Positions 10,282-19,620 of a stretch of DNA of 64,000 nucleotides are shown here, piece after piece. The stretch comes from an uncultured Methanomassiliicoccus sp. (lineage in GTDB: Archaea > Thermoplasmatota > Thermoplasmata > Methanomassiliicoccales > UBA472): the NCBI GenBank assembly GCA_964585915.1, contig CAZPFU010000007.1:11912-75911 (forward strand), given 5' to 3'. The translations under genes and the position numbers were made by a program. Within the stretch, counting starts at the first letter, position 1. Each line of letters starts with the position of its first letter. The notes below the pieces were generated by a model. That model was not told the origin of the DNA and did not search any database. It was given only the letters and a program-made list of their open reading frames with translations.

Positions 10282-10411
10282 CGTAAAACTTGCACAATAA
10301 TGACCATATATAAGCATTATTGAATTTAATAATACGATATAAAATAATAAAATACATTAGCGGGACCGGCCGGAGAAGGCCGTTCAATGGAGGATGATAA
10401 ACGAGCCGTGC

Positions 10412-11026
10412 TCATATGGTCAGCAATATCTGCACGCCCAGCAGGATGACGATGGCGTTGCCGATCAGGACGCTGGCGGTCATGAACCTCGGCGTCAGGT
10501 GCCTCCGGGCCAAGGCACCCAGTCCAGCCAGCAGCGTCTCCCAGGTGAGCGAGGCGAAGGCCACCCCGGCCACGAACCACAGGCAGTCCGCGAGCGAGAA
10601 GGACCAGGAAGGGCCTTTGCCGATGATCAGGGCCAGGAAATAGGCCACGGTGAAGGGGTTGAGCAAAGTGATGGCCACGAACTTGAGGTATATGGCCAGG
10701 TCTCCCTCCTTCTTCGGCTGGACCACGGCGCTCTCCTTCGACCTTCCCCGGCATCGCAATATCCCATAGATTCCCATGGCCATCAGCACGATCGCGCTGG
10801 CCACCTGCAATGGCGTCGAGTAGGGGGCGATCAAGGCCACCACCGCCGCGCCGGCGAACACGGCCAGGGCCGCGCAGACAAGGTCCACGGTGGCCGTTCC
10901 GGCCCCGGCCGCGAAGCCTTTCCTGAACCCATGGTCCAAGGAGGTATTGATTATGAGTATTGCGACCGCCCCCAGGGGGATGGCGATGCCGTACCCTGCT
11001 ATCAACCCCTCCAAGAACGCTCCCAT
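10412..11026 (-). CDS. LysE/RhtB-family amino-acid exporter
   Basis: 204 aa from 'MGAFLEGLIAGYGIAIPLGAV', six hydrophobic helices, LysE-type N-terminal motif. The track ORF N-terminus (to 11179) is an extension. Confidence 0.8.
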   Translation of the reverse strand: MGAFLEGLIAGYGIAIPLGAVAILIINTSLDHGFRKGFAAGAGTATVDLVCAALAVFAGAAVVALIAPYSTPLQVASAIVLMAMGIYGILRCRGRSKESAVVQPKKEGDLAIYLKFVAITLLNPFTVAYFLALIIGKGPSWSFSLADCLWFVAGVAFASLTWETLLAGLGALARRHLTPRFMTASVLIGNAIVILLGVQILLTI

Positions 11027-11132
11027 GTTCGGCCCTCCACCCTGAAACGCGGGCGCATAGAAGAAATCATTGGTGCGCGGAATAAATGAAAAACGATAAT
11101 ACGTAGGGCAGTATTGGGTCAGCGGAGATATC

Positions 11133-11705
11133 ATGAAGGTAGTGGCGTTCAACGGCAGCCCCAGGGTCAACGGCAACACCCATCAAGCGCTGGAGCTCGT
11201 TCTCGAGGAGCTGCGGAAGGAAGGCATCGAGACCGAGCTTATCGACATCTGCCGGGAGGAGCTCAAGCCTTGCCGGGCCTGCGGCACCTGCGGCAAGAAC
11301 AAGGACGAGAGGTGCGTGATGGCCGAGGACCGGCTGAACGAGTACGTGCAGAAGATGAAGGCCGCGGACGGGATGATCATCGGTTCCCCGGTGTACTTCG
11401 GAAACATGACCGCCCAGACCAAGGCCTTCCTGGACCGGGCCTTCTACGTAGCACGTGCCAATGGTGACATGTTCCGCCTCAAGGTCGGCGCAGCGGTGGC
11501 GGTAAACCGCCGCGCAGGGGCGCTGGACACCTTCGACGAGATCAACAAGCTCTTCCTCATCAGCCAGATGATAGTTCCGGGCAGCAGCTACTGGAACACC
11601 ATCACCGCCCTGAAGCCTGGTGACATCGCCACGGACGAGGAGGGCATCAAGACCATGAAGACCCTGGGAAAGAACATGGCCTGGCTGCTCAAGAAGCTGA
11701 GATGA
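11133..11705 (+). CDS. Iron-sulfur flavoprotein (Isf / NADPH-dependent FMN reductase fold)
   Basis: 'MKVVAFNGSPRVNGNT' flavodoxin-like start plus a compact Cys motif 'CRACGTCGKNKDERC' (CX2CX2CX7C). Confidence 0.8.
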   Translation: MKVVAFNGSPRVNGNTHQALELVLEELRKEGIETELIDICREELKPCRACGTCGKNKDERCVMAEDRLNEYVQKMKAADGMIIGSPVYFGNMTAQTKAFLDRAFYVARANGDMFRLKVGAAVAVNRRAGALDTFDEINKLFLISQMIVPGSSYWNTITALKPGDIATDEEGIKTMKTLGKNMAWLLKKLR

Positions 11706-11706
11706 T

Positions 11707-12225
11707 ATGGCAGAACTGGGGCTGGTCCACGTCTACACCGGCGATGGGAAGGGCAAGACCACCGCCGCCCTCGGCATGTGCGCCCGGGCCGTGGGCCACG
11801 GCTACCGGGCGCTGATCGTCCAGTTCATGAAGACCGCCGGGACCTACGGGGAGAACTTCCTCTCGCTTTCCGGTCTGGAGGTCGTCGCCTCGGGACACGA
11901 CTGCCTGGTGTTCTCCAACCAGGTCACCCAGGCCGACCGGGACAAGGCGGCCGAGGGAATGAGGACGGCGGCCGAGGCCTTGCGTTCCGGCAAGTACCGC
12001 GTCGTGGTCCTGGACGAGGTTAGCGTGGCCATCAAGTTCGGCCTGCTCGGGACGGAAGAGGTGGTCAGGGCGATCAGAGAACGGGGGCCCGGGGTGGAGG
12101 CGGTCATCACCGGAAGATACGCGCCGCCGGAGCTTCTGGAGATCGCCGATTATATCACGGAGATGAGGGCCATCAAGCACCCATACCAGAAGGGCGTAAC
12201 CTCTCGGAAGGGCGTCGACCGTTGA
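11707..12225 (+). CDS. cobO: Cob(I)yrinic acid a,c-diamide adenosyltransferase (CobA/CobO/BtuR type)
   Basis: 'VHVYTGDGKGKTTAALG' P-loop and 'VVLDEV' motif, 172 aa. Confidence 0.88.
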   Translation: MAELGLVHVYTGDGKGKTTAALGMCARAVGHGYRALIVQFMKTAGTYGENFLSLSGLEVVASGHDCLVFSNQVTQADRDKAAEGMRTAAEALRSGKYRVVVLDEVSVAIKFGLLGTEEVVRAIRERGPGVEAVITGRYAPPELLEIADYITEMRAIKHPYQKGVTSRKGVDR

Positions 12226-12346
12226 TCTGGACGAAGGAACCTCTTCGTGCATTGTCGATTTGTTCCTAACCGTGTTATTACGAAACATGGGAGCAGGCAA
12301 ACATCTATTATCCAGGGCGTTGAACGAAGTTGTTCTGGGGAGCTCA

Positions 12347-12523
12347 TTGTTACCCAAATCCGCCAACAGGGGACGATATGCGGGCGTGAGGGAGCTCAGC
12401 GAATGTTGGATATGCGTCTGCGACAGCACCAATCTTAACCGGCAGAACCGATGCTGGTGCTGCGGCAACCCCCGTTTCGTCAGCGAGGGGATGCAGGTCG
12501 CCAACGGTGATCGGACCGATTGA
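12347..12523 (+). CDS. Zinc-finger mini-protein (RanBP2-like finger), start uncertain
   Basis: Contains 'WICVCDSTNLNRQNRCWCCGNPR'. Candidate TTG at 12347 follows GGGGAG. The longer track ORF starts at 12260. Confidence 0.4.
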   Translation: MLPKSANRGRYAGVRELSECWICVCDSTNLNRQNRCWCCGNPRFVSEGMQVANGDRTD

Positions 12524-12586
12524 GATCGTGATCGTTGAACCACTCCGCAAAACAGTTATCTAGCGGAAGCTGAAAACGTTCATATC

Positions 12587-12742
12587 ATGAGCGAGGCGAA
12601 GCCCGGGGAGGGCAAGCCCAAGTGCACCATCTGCGAATCCTTCAATCTAAAGGGCACCTGGACCTGCGAGTGCGACGCCATCAACATCTCCCGCGACACC
12701 AAGTGCTGGAGATGCGGGCGGCCGCGCATCGAAGGGGATTGA
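12587..12742 (+). CDS. Zinc-finger mini-protein (51 aa, RanBP2-like finger plus N-terminal CxxC)
   Basis: My translation: MSEAKPGEGKPKCTICESFNLKGTWTCECDAINISRDTKCWRCGRPRIEGD. Below the ORF-track length cutoff. Paralogous to 12347-12523. Confidence 0.5.
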   Translation: MSEAKPGEGKPKCTICESFNLKGTWTCECDAINISRDTKCWRCGRPRIEGD

Positions 12743-12744
12743 GC

Positions 12745-13011
12745 TCAGAAGAGCTCGTCCAGCTCCTTCATGGTCAGACGCAGCTGTATCACGTCTCCCA
12801 CCACCGCCACCAGGTCGGTGGAGACGTTGATGATGATCGGCTTGAACAGCTTCTTCTTGATATGCAGCTCCTTGGCGGCGTCCTTGTTGACGTTGACCAG
12901 TATGTGCAGGACCGTCCACTTCTCGGTGTTGATGGTGCTTCCAAATAGGATGCCGAGCTCGCGGCCGTCCTTGCTGATGACCCTCTTCTTGTCCACGCTG
13001 CTTAATTCCAT
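12745..13011 (-). CDS. PRC-barrel domain protein
   Basis: 88 aa. 'KRVISKDGRELGILFGSTINTEKWTVLHILV' is a typical archaeal PRC-barrel pattern. Confidence 0.75.
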   Translation of the reverse strand: MELSSVDKKRVISKDGRELGILFGSTINTEKWTVLHILVNVNKDAAKELHIKKKLFKPIIINVSTDLVAVVGDVIQLRLTMKELDELF

Positions 13012-13059
13012 TGAGGAGAACCCCGTTCAACATGACCATGAACGGAGATAAGGGTTTCC

Positions 13060-13260
13060 TCATTTGGCGGCCGCCATAATGATGGCCACCACCAGGAAGG
13101 CCAGCCCGGCCAACAACCAGTTGCCGGTGAACATCAGGACGAAGATGGCCGCCAGGGTGGCCGGGAAGAACCTGATCAGGCTGCCGATGATCAGCAGGAT
13201 GACCACGCCGACGATCACCAGGAACAGGAAACCCGCCAGTATCCAAAGCTCGATGATCAT
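13060..13260 (-). CDS. Small membrane protein (2 TM)
   Basis: 66 aa from 'MIIELWILAGFLFLVIVGVVILLII'. The track ORF extends to 13335. Confidence 0.45.
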   Translation of the reverse strand: MIIELWILAGFLFLVIVGVVILLIIGSLIRFFPATLAAIFVLMFTGNWLLAGLAFLVVAIIMAAAK

Positions 13261-13356
13261 CGCCCGTCCATGGACGCCCCCGGTCAAGTAAGTTGCGACG
13301 CCCCTCCACTTCGGCGCAGAAGAATTTAATGGCACGATTGCCGATAGGTGCCCTCG

Positions 13357-15216
13357 ATGGTCAGGGCTTGGGAGGAGGAGTACAGATCTAAGGTCCTCAC
13401 CGCCGAGGAGGCGGTGCTGAAGATAGGTCCCGGGAGGACGGTGTTCCTGGGAACGGCCTGCGGGGAACCGCAGGCTCTAGTGAAGGCTTTGCTCGCAAAG
13501 TCCTACGCCATGATCGACAGCGAGGTCATCCAGACCCTATCTCTTGGCCTGACCTTCTACGCCGAGGACCAGTTTCGCGACCAGTTCCGCCTCAACGCCT
13601 TCTTCATCGGTCCGAACGTCAGGGGGGCGGTGAACGAGGGCCGGGCCGATTACACCCCGGTGAACCTCTCCGACATCGAAAGGCTGTTCTCCAGCGGGCT
13701 CAAGCCGGTGGACGTGGCGCTCATTCAGGTCTCCCCGCCCGATGAGGACGGTTATTGCAATTTGGGCGTGTCGGTGGACATCACCATGTCCGCGGCCATG
13801 CATGCGGACGTCGTCATCGCGGAGGTCAACCCCAACATGCCCCGCCTGGGCGGGGACAGCAGGCTGCATCTGAAGGAGATCGACCACTTCGTGGAGAACG
13901 ACCAGCCGATACTGGAGTTCATCGGCGACGGCGAGGTATCGCGCACCGCGCCGCGCATCGGGAAGCACGTGGCCGACCTGATCCCGGACGGGGCGACCAT
14001 CCAGATCGGTTATGGCAGCGTGCCGGACGCCATTTTGGCGTACCTCGATGAGAAGAAGGACCTGGGAGTTCATACCGAGATGTTCTCCGACGGGATCATC
14101 GACCTGGTGGAGAAGGGGGTCATCACCGGAAAGCGCAAGGGCTTCCACGACGGCAAGATCGTCGCCTCCTTCTGCATGGGCTCCAAGCGTCTCTACGATT
14201 TCATCGACGGGAACGAGATGTTCGAGATGTACCCGTCATCGTACACCAACGACCCGTGCAACATCTCCCGCAACCGCAACATGATCGCCATCAACTCCGC
14301 CCTGGAGGTGGACCTCACCGGACAGGTGTGCACCGACCAGATCGGGCACCGCTTCTACTCCGGAATAGGCGGTCAGGCCGACTTCATGCGCGGGGCGGCG
14401 CGCTCACCGGGCGGGAAAGCGATAATCGCCATGCCCTCCACCGCCCAGCATTACACCATCTCGCGCATCGTGCCCACCCTCTCCGCCGGAGGGGGCGTTA
14501 CCACCACGCGCGGGGACGTGCAGTTCGTGGTGACCGAGTTCGGAGTGGCCGACCTGCGGGGCAAGAGCATCATGGAGCGGGCCTTGGCGCTCATCGGCAT
14601 CTCCCACCCCCGCTTCCGGGCCGAACTGCTGATGCACGCCAAATCGCTCCATTACGTCTACCAGGACCAGATGGAGGCCGGATACGTCGGCATGTACCCG
14701 GAGCAGTACGAGCAGGTGCGCGTCGTCGCTGACCAGGAGATGTACTTCCGGCCGGCGAAGCCGACGGACGAGCCGATGCTCAAGGAAATGTTCTACTCGC
14801 TCTCCCGCGATACCGTCTACAACCGGTTCATGGGGCTCAAGCGCAGCATGCCCCACCGCGAGCTGATGCGCATCGTGAACATCGATTACGACACGCGCAT
14901 GACATTGTGCGGCTTCGTCAACGAGGACGGGGTGTGGTCCATGACGTCGTTCGCCATGTACGACCTGGACAAGGCCAGCAACACCGCCGAGATATCCTTC
15001 GCGGTGAGCGACCGATGGCAGAACAAGCGCATCGGGACCATGCTCATGGACATGATGATCGCCATCGCCCGGGAACGCAAGATACGGGCGTTCACGGCCG
15101 AGCTCCTGGGGGAGAACATGCGCATGCTGGACCTCTTCTACCGCACCGGCCTCAAGGTGGAGACCAGGCTGATGGAGGATACCTATCTCGTGACCATCGA
15201 CCTATGGACCAAGTGA
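13357..15216 (+). CDS. Acetyl-CoA hydrolase/CoA-transferase family domain fused to a C-terminal GNAT acetyltransferase
   Basis: The N-terminal about 430 aa match the 4-hydroxybutyrate CoA-transferase/acetyl-CoA hydrolase pattern ('LTAEEAV', 'INSALEVDLTGQV', 'GIGGQADF'). The C-terminal about 170 aa are GNAT ('WQNKRIGTMLMDMMIAIARERKI'). Confidence 0.85.
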   Translation: MVRAWEEEYRSKVLTAEEAVLKIGPGRTVFLGTACGEPQALVKALLAKSYAMIDSEVIQTLSLGLTFYAEDQFRDQFRLNAFFIGPNVRGAVNEGRADYTPVNLSDIERLFSSGLKPVDVALIQVSPPDEDGYCNLGVSVDITMSAAMHADVVIAEVNPNMPRLGGDSRLHLKEIDHFVENDQPILEFIGDGEVSRTAPRIGKHVADLIPDGATIQIGYGSVPDAILAYLDEKKDLGVHTEMFSDGIIDLVEKGVITGKRKGFHDGKIVASFCMGSKRLYDFIDGNEMFEMYPSSYTNDPCNISRNRNMIAINSALEVDLTGQVCTDQIGHRFYSGIGGQADFMRGAARSPGGKAIIAMPSTAQHYTISRIVPTLSAGGGVTTTRGDVQFVVTEFGVADLRGKSIMERALALIGISHPRFRAELLMHAKSLHYVYQDQMEAGYVGMYPEQYEQVRVVADQEMYFRPAKPTDEPMLKEMFYSLSRDTVYNRFMGLKRSMPHRELMRIVNIDYDTRMTLCGFVNEDGVWSMTSFAMYDLDKASNTAEISFAVSDRWQNKRIGTMLMDMMIAIARERKIRAFTAELLGENMRMLDLFYRTGLKVETRLMEDTYLVTIDLWTK

Positions 15217-15945
15217 GCCGCAGTCCGGGCATGAGGGGTTTCGGGCGAACACCACCTCGTCCACTTGCCAGCTCTTGAGGTCTATGAACAGCGCCCGTCC
15301 GTTGGGCGCCTCCCCGATCCCGGTGATGATCTTGACCGCCTCCGCCGCCTGCATCGAGCCAATGACGCCGGCCGCCGCGCCAAGCACCGGGACCCCGCTC
15401 CAGCGGTTCGGCAGCGAGGGGAAGGCGCATCTCAGGCAAGGGCCTCCGGGAAGGACGCTCATCACATGGCCGGTGAACCCCTCCACCGCCCCGTGCACCA
15501 GGGGTATCCTTCGCCGCAGGCAGATCCGGTTCAGCAGGTAACGTCCCTTGGGATTGTCCAGGCAGTCCACGGCCAGGTCGGCGCCATCCATGATGAAGGG
15601 GGTCTCCTCCTCCAGCCTCATCGGCAATGCTTCCACGTCCACCTCGGAGTTCAACGCCTCTATCTTGAGGCGCGCCGACTCCACCTTGTAACGGGGAAGC
15701 AGCGCGTCCTCCTCGAAATGGATGACCTGACGGTTCAGGTTGGAAGGTTCCGCTTTCTGGTCGTCGATCAGTATCAGCTTCCCGACTCCGGCCGCGGCCA
15801 GGTATTGGCACACCGGGGAACCGAGACCGCCTACCCCGACCACGGCCACGCTGACCCCGGACAGTTTCTCCTGCGCCCTGGGTCCGAAGCCGGGTATCGC
15901 CAGTTGGCGGGCGTAACGGTCCTTCATGGGGACCAGGATGGTCAT
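15202..15945 (-). CDS. ThiF/MoeB/UbaA-family E1-like adenylyltransferase
   Basis: 'RYARQLAIPGFG', 'VAVVGVGGLGSPVCQYLAAAGVGKLILIDDQ', and two CxxC pairs ('CLRC', 'CPDC'). Start at 15945, 15927 or 15981. Confidence 0.85.
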   Translation of the reverse strand: MTILVPMKDRYARQLAIPGFGPRAQEKLSGVSVAVVGVGGLGSPVCQYLAAAGVGKLILIDDQKAEPSNLNRQVIHFEEDALLPRYKVESARLKIEALNSEVDVEALPMRLEEETPFIMDGADLAVDCLDNPKGRYLLNRICLRRRIPLVHGAVEGFTGHVMSVLPGGPCLRCAFPSLPNRWSGVPVLGAAAGVIGSMQAAEAVKIITGIGEAPNGRALFIDLKSWQVDEVVFARNPSCPDCGSLGP

Positions 15946-16041
15946 GGGCGAATATAACAGGTGCTCCCTTGAACCGAGCAAAGATCTCCATTGATAAGAT
16001 ATTTAAATCAAAATTTCTTCACGCAGTACGGGGGGCGGTTC

Positions 16042-16959
16042 GTGGAGACGGTGATAGAGGTCAGGAACCTCGTTAAAAGGTACGGCGACCTGTTTGCAGT
16101 GAACGGAATAGATCTGGACGTTAGGGCGGGAGAGGTCTACTCCATCCTCGGTCCCAACGGCGCCGGGAAGACCACCTCGGTGGAGATCATGGAATGCCTG
16201 AGGATGAAGACCTCCGGGGAGGTGCGCATCCTCGGCCACGACATAGAGAAGGGGCAGAAGGAGATCAGGAAGCGCATCGGCGTTCTTCCGCAATCCTTCA
16301 ACGCCTTCGATTATCTCACCGTAAAGGAGAACATCGAGTACTTCGGCGGGCTGTTCGAGAAGAACATCGCCACCGACGAACTGATCGAGGCGGTCCATCT
16401 GGAGGACAAACGGAACGTCTGGTTCACCAATTTGTCCGGGGGTCTGAAGCAGAGGGTGGGGGTGGCCATCGCCATGGTCAACGACCCCGACCTGATATTC
16501 CTGGACGAGCCAACCACCGGCCTTGACCCCAAAGCGAGAAGGGAGGTCTGGGAGGTCATCCGCAAGCTGAAGTCGCAGAACAAGACCGTGATACTCACCA
16601 CCCACTATATGGAGGAGGCGGAGATCCTCTCGGACCAGGTGGCCATCATGAACGACGGCAATTTCATAGCCATGGGCACCCCCAAGCAGATCATCGACCG
16701 GTATGGTTCGGGAAGCACCTGCGTGGTCAAGGGCGCCAATGCCGCCGCGGCAACCGCGGTAAATGCCGCGGGCATGTTCCATGAGGCCCATAACGGCGAT
16801 CTGATGGTGAAGCTGGACAACAAGGGGTCTCTGCCCAGGCTCATCGGCCTGCTGTCCGGGCCCGAGGTCACCTATGACGAGGTGCTCATCAAGGGAAGCA
16901 CCCTGGAGGACGTCTTCCTCAAGCTGACCGGAAAAAAGCTGGCGGAGGTGGAGCAATGA
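16042..16959 (+). CDS. ABC transporter ATP-binding protein (ABC-2/DrrA type)
   Basis: Walker A 'GPNGAGKTT', signature 'LSGGLKQR', Walker B 'LIFLDEPT'. Start GTG 16042 or 16051, downstream of the TATA-like 'gatatttaaatc'. Confidence 0.9.
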   Translation: METVIEVRNLVKRYGDLFAVNGIDLDVRAGEVYSILGPNGAGKTTSVEIMECLRMKTSGEVRILGHDIEKGQKEIRKRIGVLPQSFNAFDYLTVKENIEYFGGLFEKNIATDELIEAVHLEDKRNVWFTNLSGGLKQRVGVAIAMVNDPDLIFLDEPTTGLDPKARREVWEVIRKLKSQNKTVILTTHYMEEAEILSDQVAIMNDGNFIAMGTPKQIIDRYGSGSTCVVKGANAAAATAVNAAGMFHEAHNGDLMVKLDNKGSLPRLIGLLSGPEVTYDEVLIKGSTLEDVFLKLTGKKLAEVEQ

Positions 16960-18047
16960 AGCTCAAGCACGTCATGGTGGACCTCAGAGGACAGGCCCGC
17001 TCCTTCTTCAGGGTAAAGAGCAACCTTTTCTGGGTCTTCGCCTTCCCATTGCTCCTGATCATCATATTCGGGGCCATCTTCTCAAACCTAGGGTCGGGAA
17101 CGGTGACCCTTAGCGTGCAGAACCTGGACGAAGGTCCGGGTTCCCAGCAGCTGCTGGCCGCTTTGAACGAAACAAGCATGGTCAAGATCGAGTTCATATC
17201 TCCGTCCGCAGACCTGGAGCAGCACATCAAGGACAATTCACTGACCTATGTCATGGTCATACCAGCGAACTTCTCGGCCAATCTGGCGTCCAACGTCACG
17301 GCCGGGGTCGAGCTGCGCCTCGATGAGACCGTGTCCACATCCAGTGCGGTGTTCAACATCGTCAATGGAGTGGTGAACACCATGAACCTGCAGATGGCCG
17401 GCGGGGAGCAGCACATAACGATCGAGGTGGGAAGCATCGTGCAGAAACGCTTCACCTTCCTGGACTTCTTCGTGCCCGGAATAATCGGCCTGACCATCAT
17501 GACCACCTGCGTGTTCAACGTGCAGGGCACCATCTCCCGCTTCCGCACGAACGGCATATTCCGAAAGCTGGCGACGACCCCGATGACCCCCTTCGAATGG
17601 CTGCTGTCCCGCATACTGTGGCACCTGTTCATTTCCTTCCTCACGCTGGCGGTCATCATGGGCTTCGGGATGCTCATCTTCGGAATGAACATGAGCGTCA
17701 ACCTGCCGGTGGTGCTGATGATCGTGGCCGGGAGCGCCATGTTCTCCGCCCTGGGCATGATGGTCGCCCGCTTCGTGAAGAACGAGGAGACGGCAAGCAT
17801 GGCCGCCAACGCCATCACCTTCCCGATGATGTTCCTGTCCGGCACGTTCTTCCAGCTGGAGATGATGCCCTCCTACCTGCAGCAGGTGGCTGCGGTACTG
17901 CCGCTCACCTACATGAGCCAGGGCCTGAGGGACGCCATGGTCTACGACAACCAGGCCGGGGCATACTTCAACCTGGCGGTGGTGGCGGTCATAGGCGTTA
18001 TATTCGTGATCGTGGCCGTGCTGATCACCAAGTGGGAGGAGGAATGA
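16956..18047 (+). CDS. ABC-2 type transporter permease
   Basis: ATGA overlap with the ATPase gene. 363 aa with a large extracytoplasmic loop followed by 5 TM segments. Confidence 0.85.
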   Translation: MKLKHVMVDLRGQARSFFRVKSNLFWVFAFPLLLIIIFGAIFSNLGSGTVTLSVQNLDEGPGSQQLLAALNETSMVKIEFISPSADLEQHIKDNSLTYVMVIPANFSANLASNVTAGVELRLDETVSTSSAVFNIVNGVVNTMNLQMAGGEQHITIEVGSIVQKRFTFLDFFVPGIIGLTIMTTCVFNVQGTISRFRTNGIFRKLATTPMTPFEWLLSRILWHLFISFLTLAVIMGFGMLIFGMNMSVNLPVVLMIVAGSAMFSALGMMVARFVKNEETASMAANAITFPMMFLSGTFFQLEMMPSYLQQVAAVLPLTYMSQGLRDAMVYDNQAGAYFNLAVVAVIGVIFVIVAVLITKWEEE

Positions 18048-18093
18048 GGCGACTCAAAGTTAAATATCAAGGCGCATCTTTCCAGGCGATCAC

Positions 18094-19587
18094 GTGCTAG
18101 GCCGAAAGTCGTTCCTACTGTTCATCTCCAGGATGTTGACGGCAGCCCTTGCCTACGTGGGGCTGTACTTCATGACCCGGCCTCCTCTGGGACCGGAGAT
18201 CTACGGTACGATATCGTACACCATGGCCTTCGTGGCCACCTTCAACGCGGTGTCCGATCTGGGCTTCTCGAGCGCGCACATCAAGAAGGTGTCCGAGGGC
18301 GAGGACCCGGACGAGTGCATCAGCACCTTCGCCGCCATCAAGCTGGTACTCACCGGTCTGATGGTGGTCCTGATACTGTCGTCGGTGTTCATCTGGACCG
18401 GTCCGATGGGGAACGTCCTCACCGACACCAGCATCGACCTCATCCTGCTGTTCGTCCTCTATCAGGTGCTTTACGACATCTCATCCATAGCCACCTTCAC
18501 CTTCCAGGCCAAGATGGAGATGGCCAAGATGCCGCTGGTGACCCTGGTCGACCCGGTGGTCCGGCTTCCATTGGTCATCATGGTGGCCCTGACCGCCGGC
18601 GGGGTCATGGACCTGGCGTACGCCTATGTGCTGGGGGCCATAGCCGTCGTGCTGCTGGCCATGTACCTTCTCTTCCGGGAGGGCATCAGGTGGAAAAGGC
18701 CGGTGCTATGGCGTTCTTACTACAAGTTCGCCCTTCCCCTGATAATCATCACCCTGGTCAGCGCGGTGAGCGCCAGCGCCGACAAGCTCATCATCGGCGC
18801 CTTCTGGACCACCACCGACGTGGGCCTGTACACCGCGCCGGTGGTCTTCTTGAGCGTTTTCGCCACCGTGAGCACCGCGGTCTCCACTCTCACCTTCCCG
18901 TCCTTCTCCAAGCTGCACGCCGAGGGCAACCTGGAGGAGATCCGTCAGATGTCCAAACGGGCGGAGCGCTACATAGCCATGATCGGGCTGCCGATAACGT
19001 TGCTCATCATCATGTTCCCATATGCGGTTTGCGAGGTGCTGCTCGGCCCGCTATTCATTGATTCGGGCGATGCCATAAGTATCATGGCGGTGACCAATTT
19101 CCTGGTCATGCTCAACGCGGTGCACAGCTCGCAGATAGTCGCCGTCGGCCGTCCTGACATATCCGCTCGCATAACCATATTCGTGGTCGTCCTGAACGTC
19201 ACCCTGATGTTCCTCTTCATTCCCCAGAACGGGTTCGGCCTCGGGTTCGTAGGGGCCTCCCTGGCGCTCCTTATCGGGAACATAATCGGTTTCGCCCTGG
19301 TCCGATACTCGGTATGGCGCCTGACCCGGACAGCTCCGAACGTCCGCCTAGGCTTCCACATGTTGGCCGGCCTGGTGGCCATGGGGGCCATGTTCGCCCT
19401 GAACCTGTTCATACCCATCGATCGTTTCTACACCCTCATCCTCTACGGGATGCTGGCCTTCGCGGTGTACCTGCCGGTGCTCGCTGTGCTCAAGGAGTTC
19501 ACCAGGGAGGACCTGGACTACTTCCTGGAACTGATCAACCTCAAGAAGATGTTCTCCTACATCGGCAGCGAGCTCAAGGGAAAGTGA
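18094..19587 (+). CDS. Polysaccharide/oligosaccharide flippase (MOP/Wzx superfamily)
   Basis: 497 aa, about 14 TM segments, 'polysaccharide biosynthesis protein'-like N-terminus. Confidence 0.8.
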   Translation: MLGRKSFLLFISRMLTAALAYVGLYFMTRPPLGPEIYGTISYTMAFVATFNAVSDLGFSSAHIKKVSEGEDPDECISTFAAIKLVLTGLMVVLILSSVFIWTGPMGNVLTDTSIDLILLFVLYQVLYDISSIATFTFQAKMEMAKMPLVTLVDPVVRLPLVIMVALTAGGVMDLAYAYVLGAIAVVLLAMYLLFREGIRWKRPVLWRSYYKFALPLIIITLVSAVSASADKLIIGAFWTTTDVGLYTAPVVFLSVFATVSTAVSTLTFPSFSKLHAEGNLEEIRQMSKRAERYIAMIGLPITLLIIMFPYAVCEVLLGPLFIDSGDAISIMAVTNFLVMLNAVHSSQIVAVGRPDISARITIFVVVLNVTLMFLFIPQNGFGLGFVGASLALLIGNIIGFALVRYSVWRLTRTAPNVRLGFHMLAGLVAMGAMFALNLFIPIDRFYTLILYGMLAFAVYLPVLAVLKEFTREDLDYFLELINLKKMFSYIGSELKGK

Positions 19588-19620
19588 AAAAAGAGGGTTT
19601 GAGGGAAAGGATTTCGCCGA

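Noticed and set aside
5271-10323. Shadow ORFs and N-terminal extensions across the trp operon (5271-6257, 5254-5796, 7701-8411, 8456-9181, 8917-9927). This group also includes the 5' extensions of track ORFs 5984-7243, 7395-8726 and 8381-9031.
   Set aside because: The real starts are fixed by conserved N-termini and by ATGA overlaps with the preceding stop. The extensions read through the upstream gene in another frame.
16003-16956. 317-aa ORF antisense to the ABC ATPase gene. Similar antisense ORFs occur at 17246-17845, 20093-20899, 20380-21123, 23671-24294, 24673-25356, 25485-26633 and 25714-26544.
   Set aside because: There are no recognisable domains, the composition is biased, and each is nested in a confidently assigned gene on the other strand.
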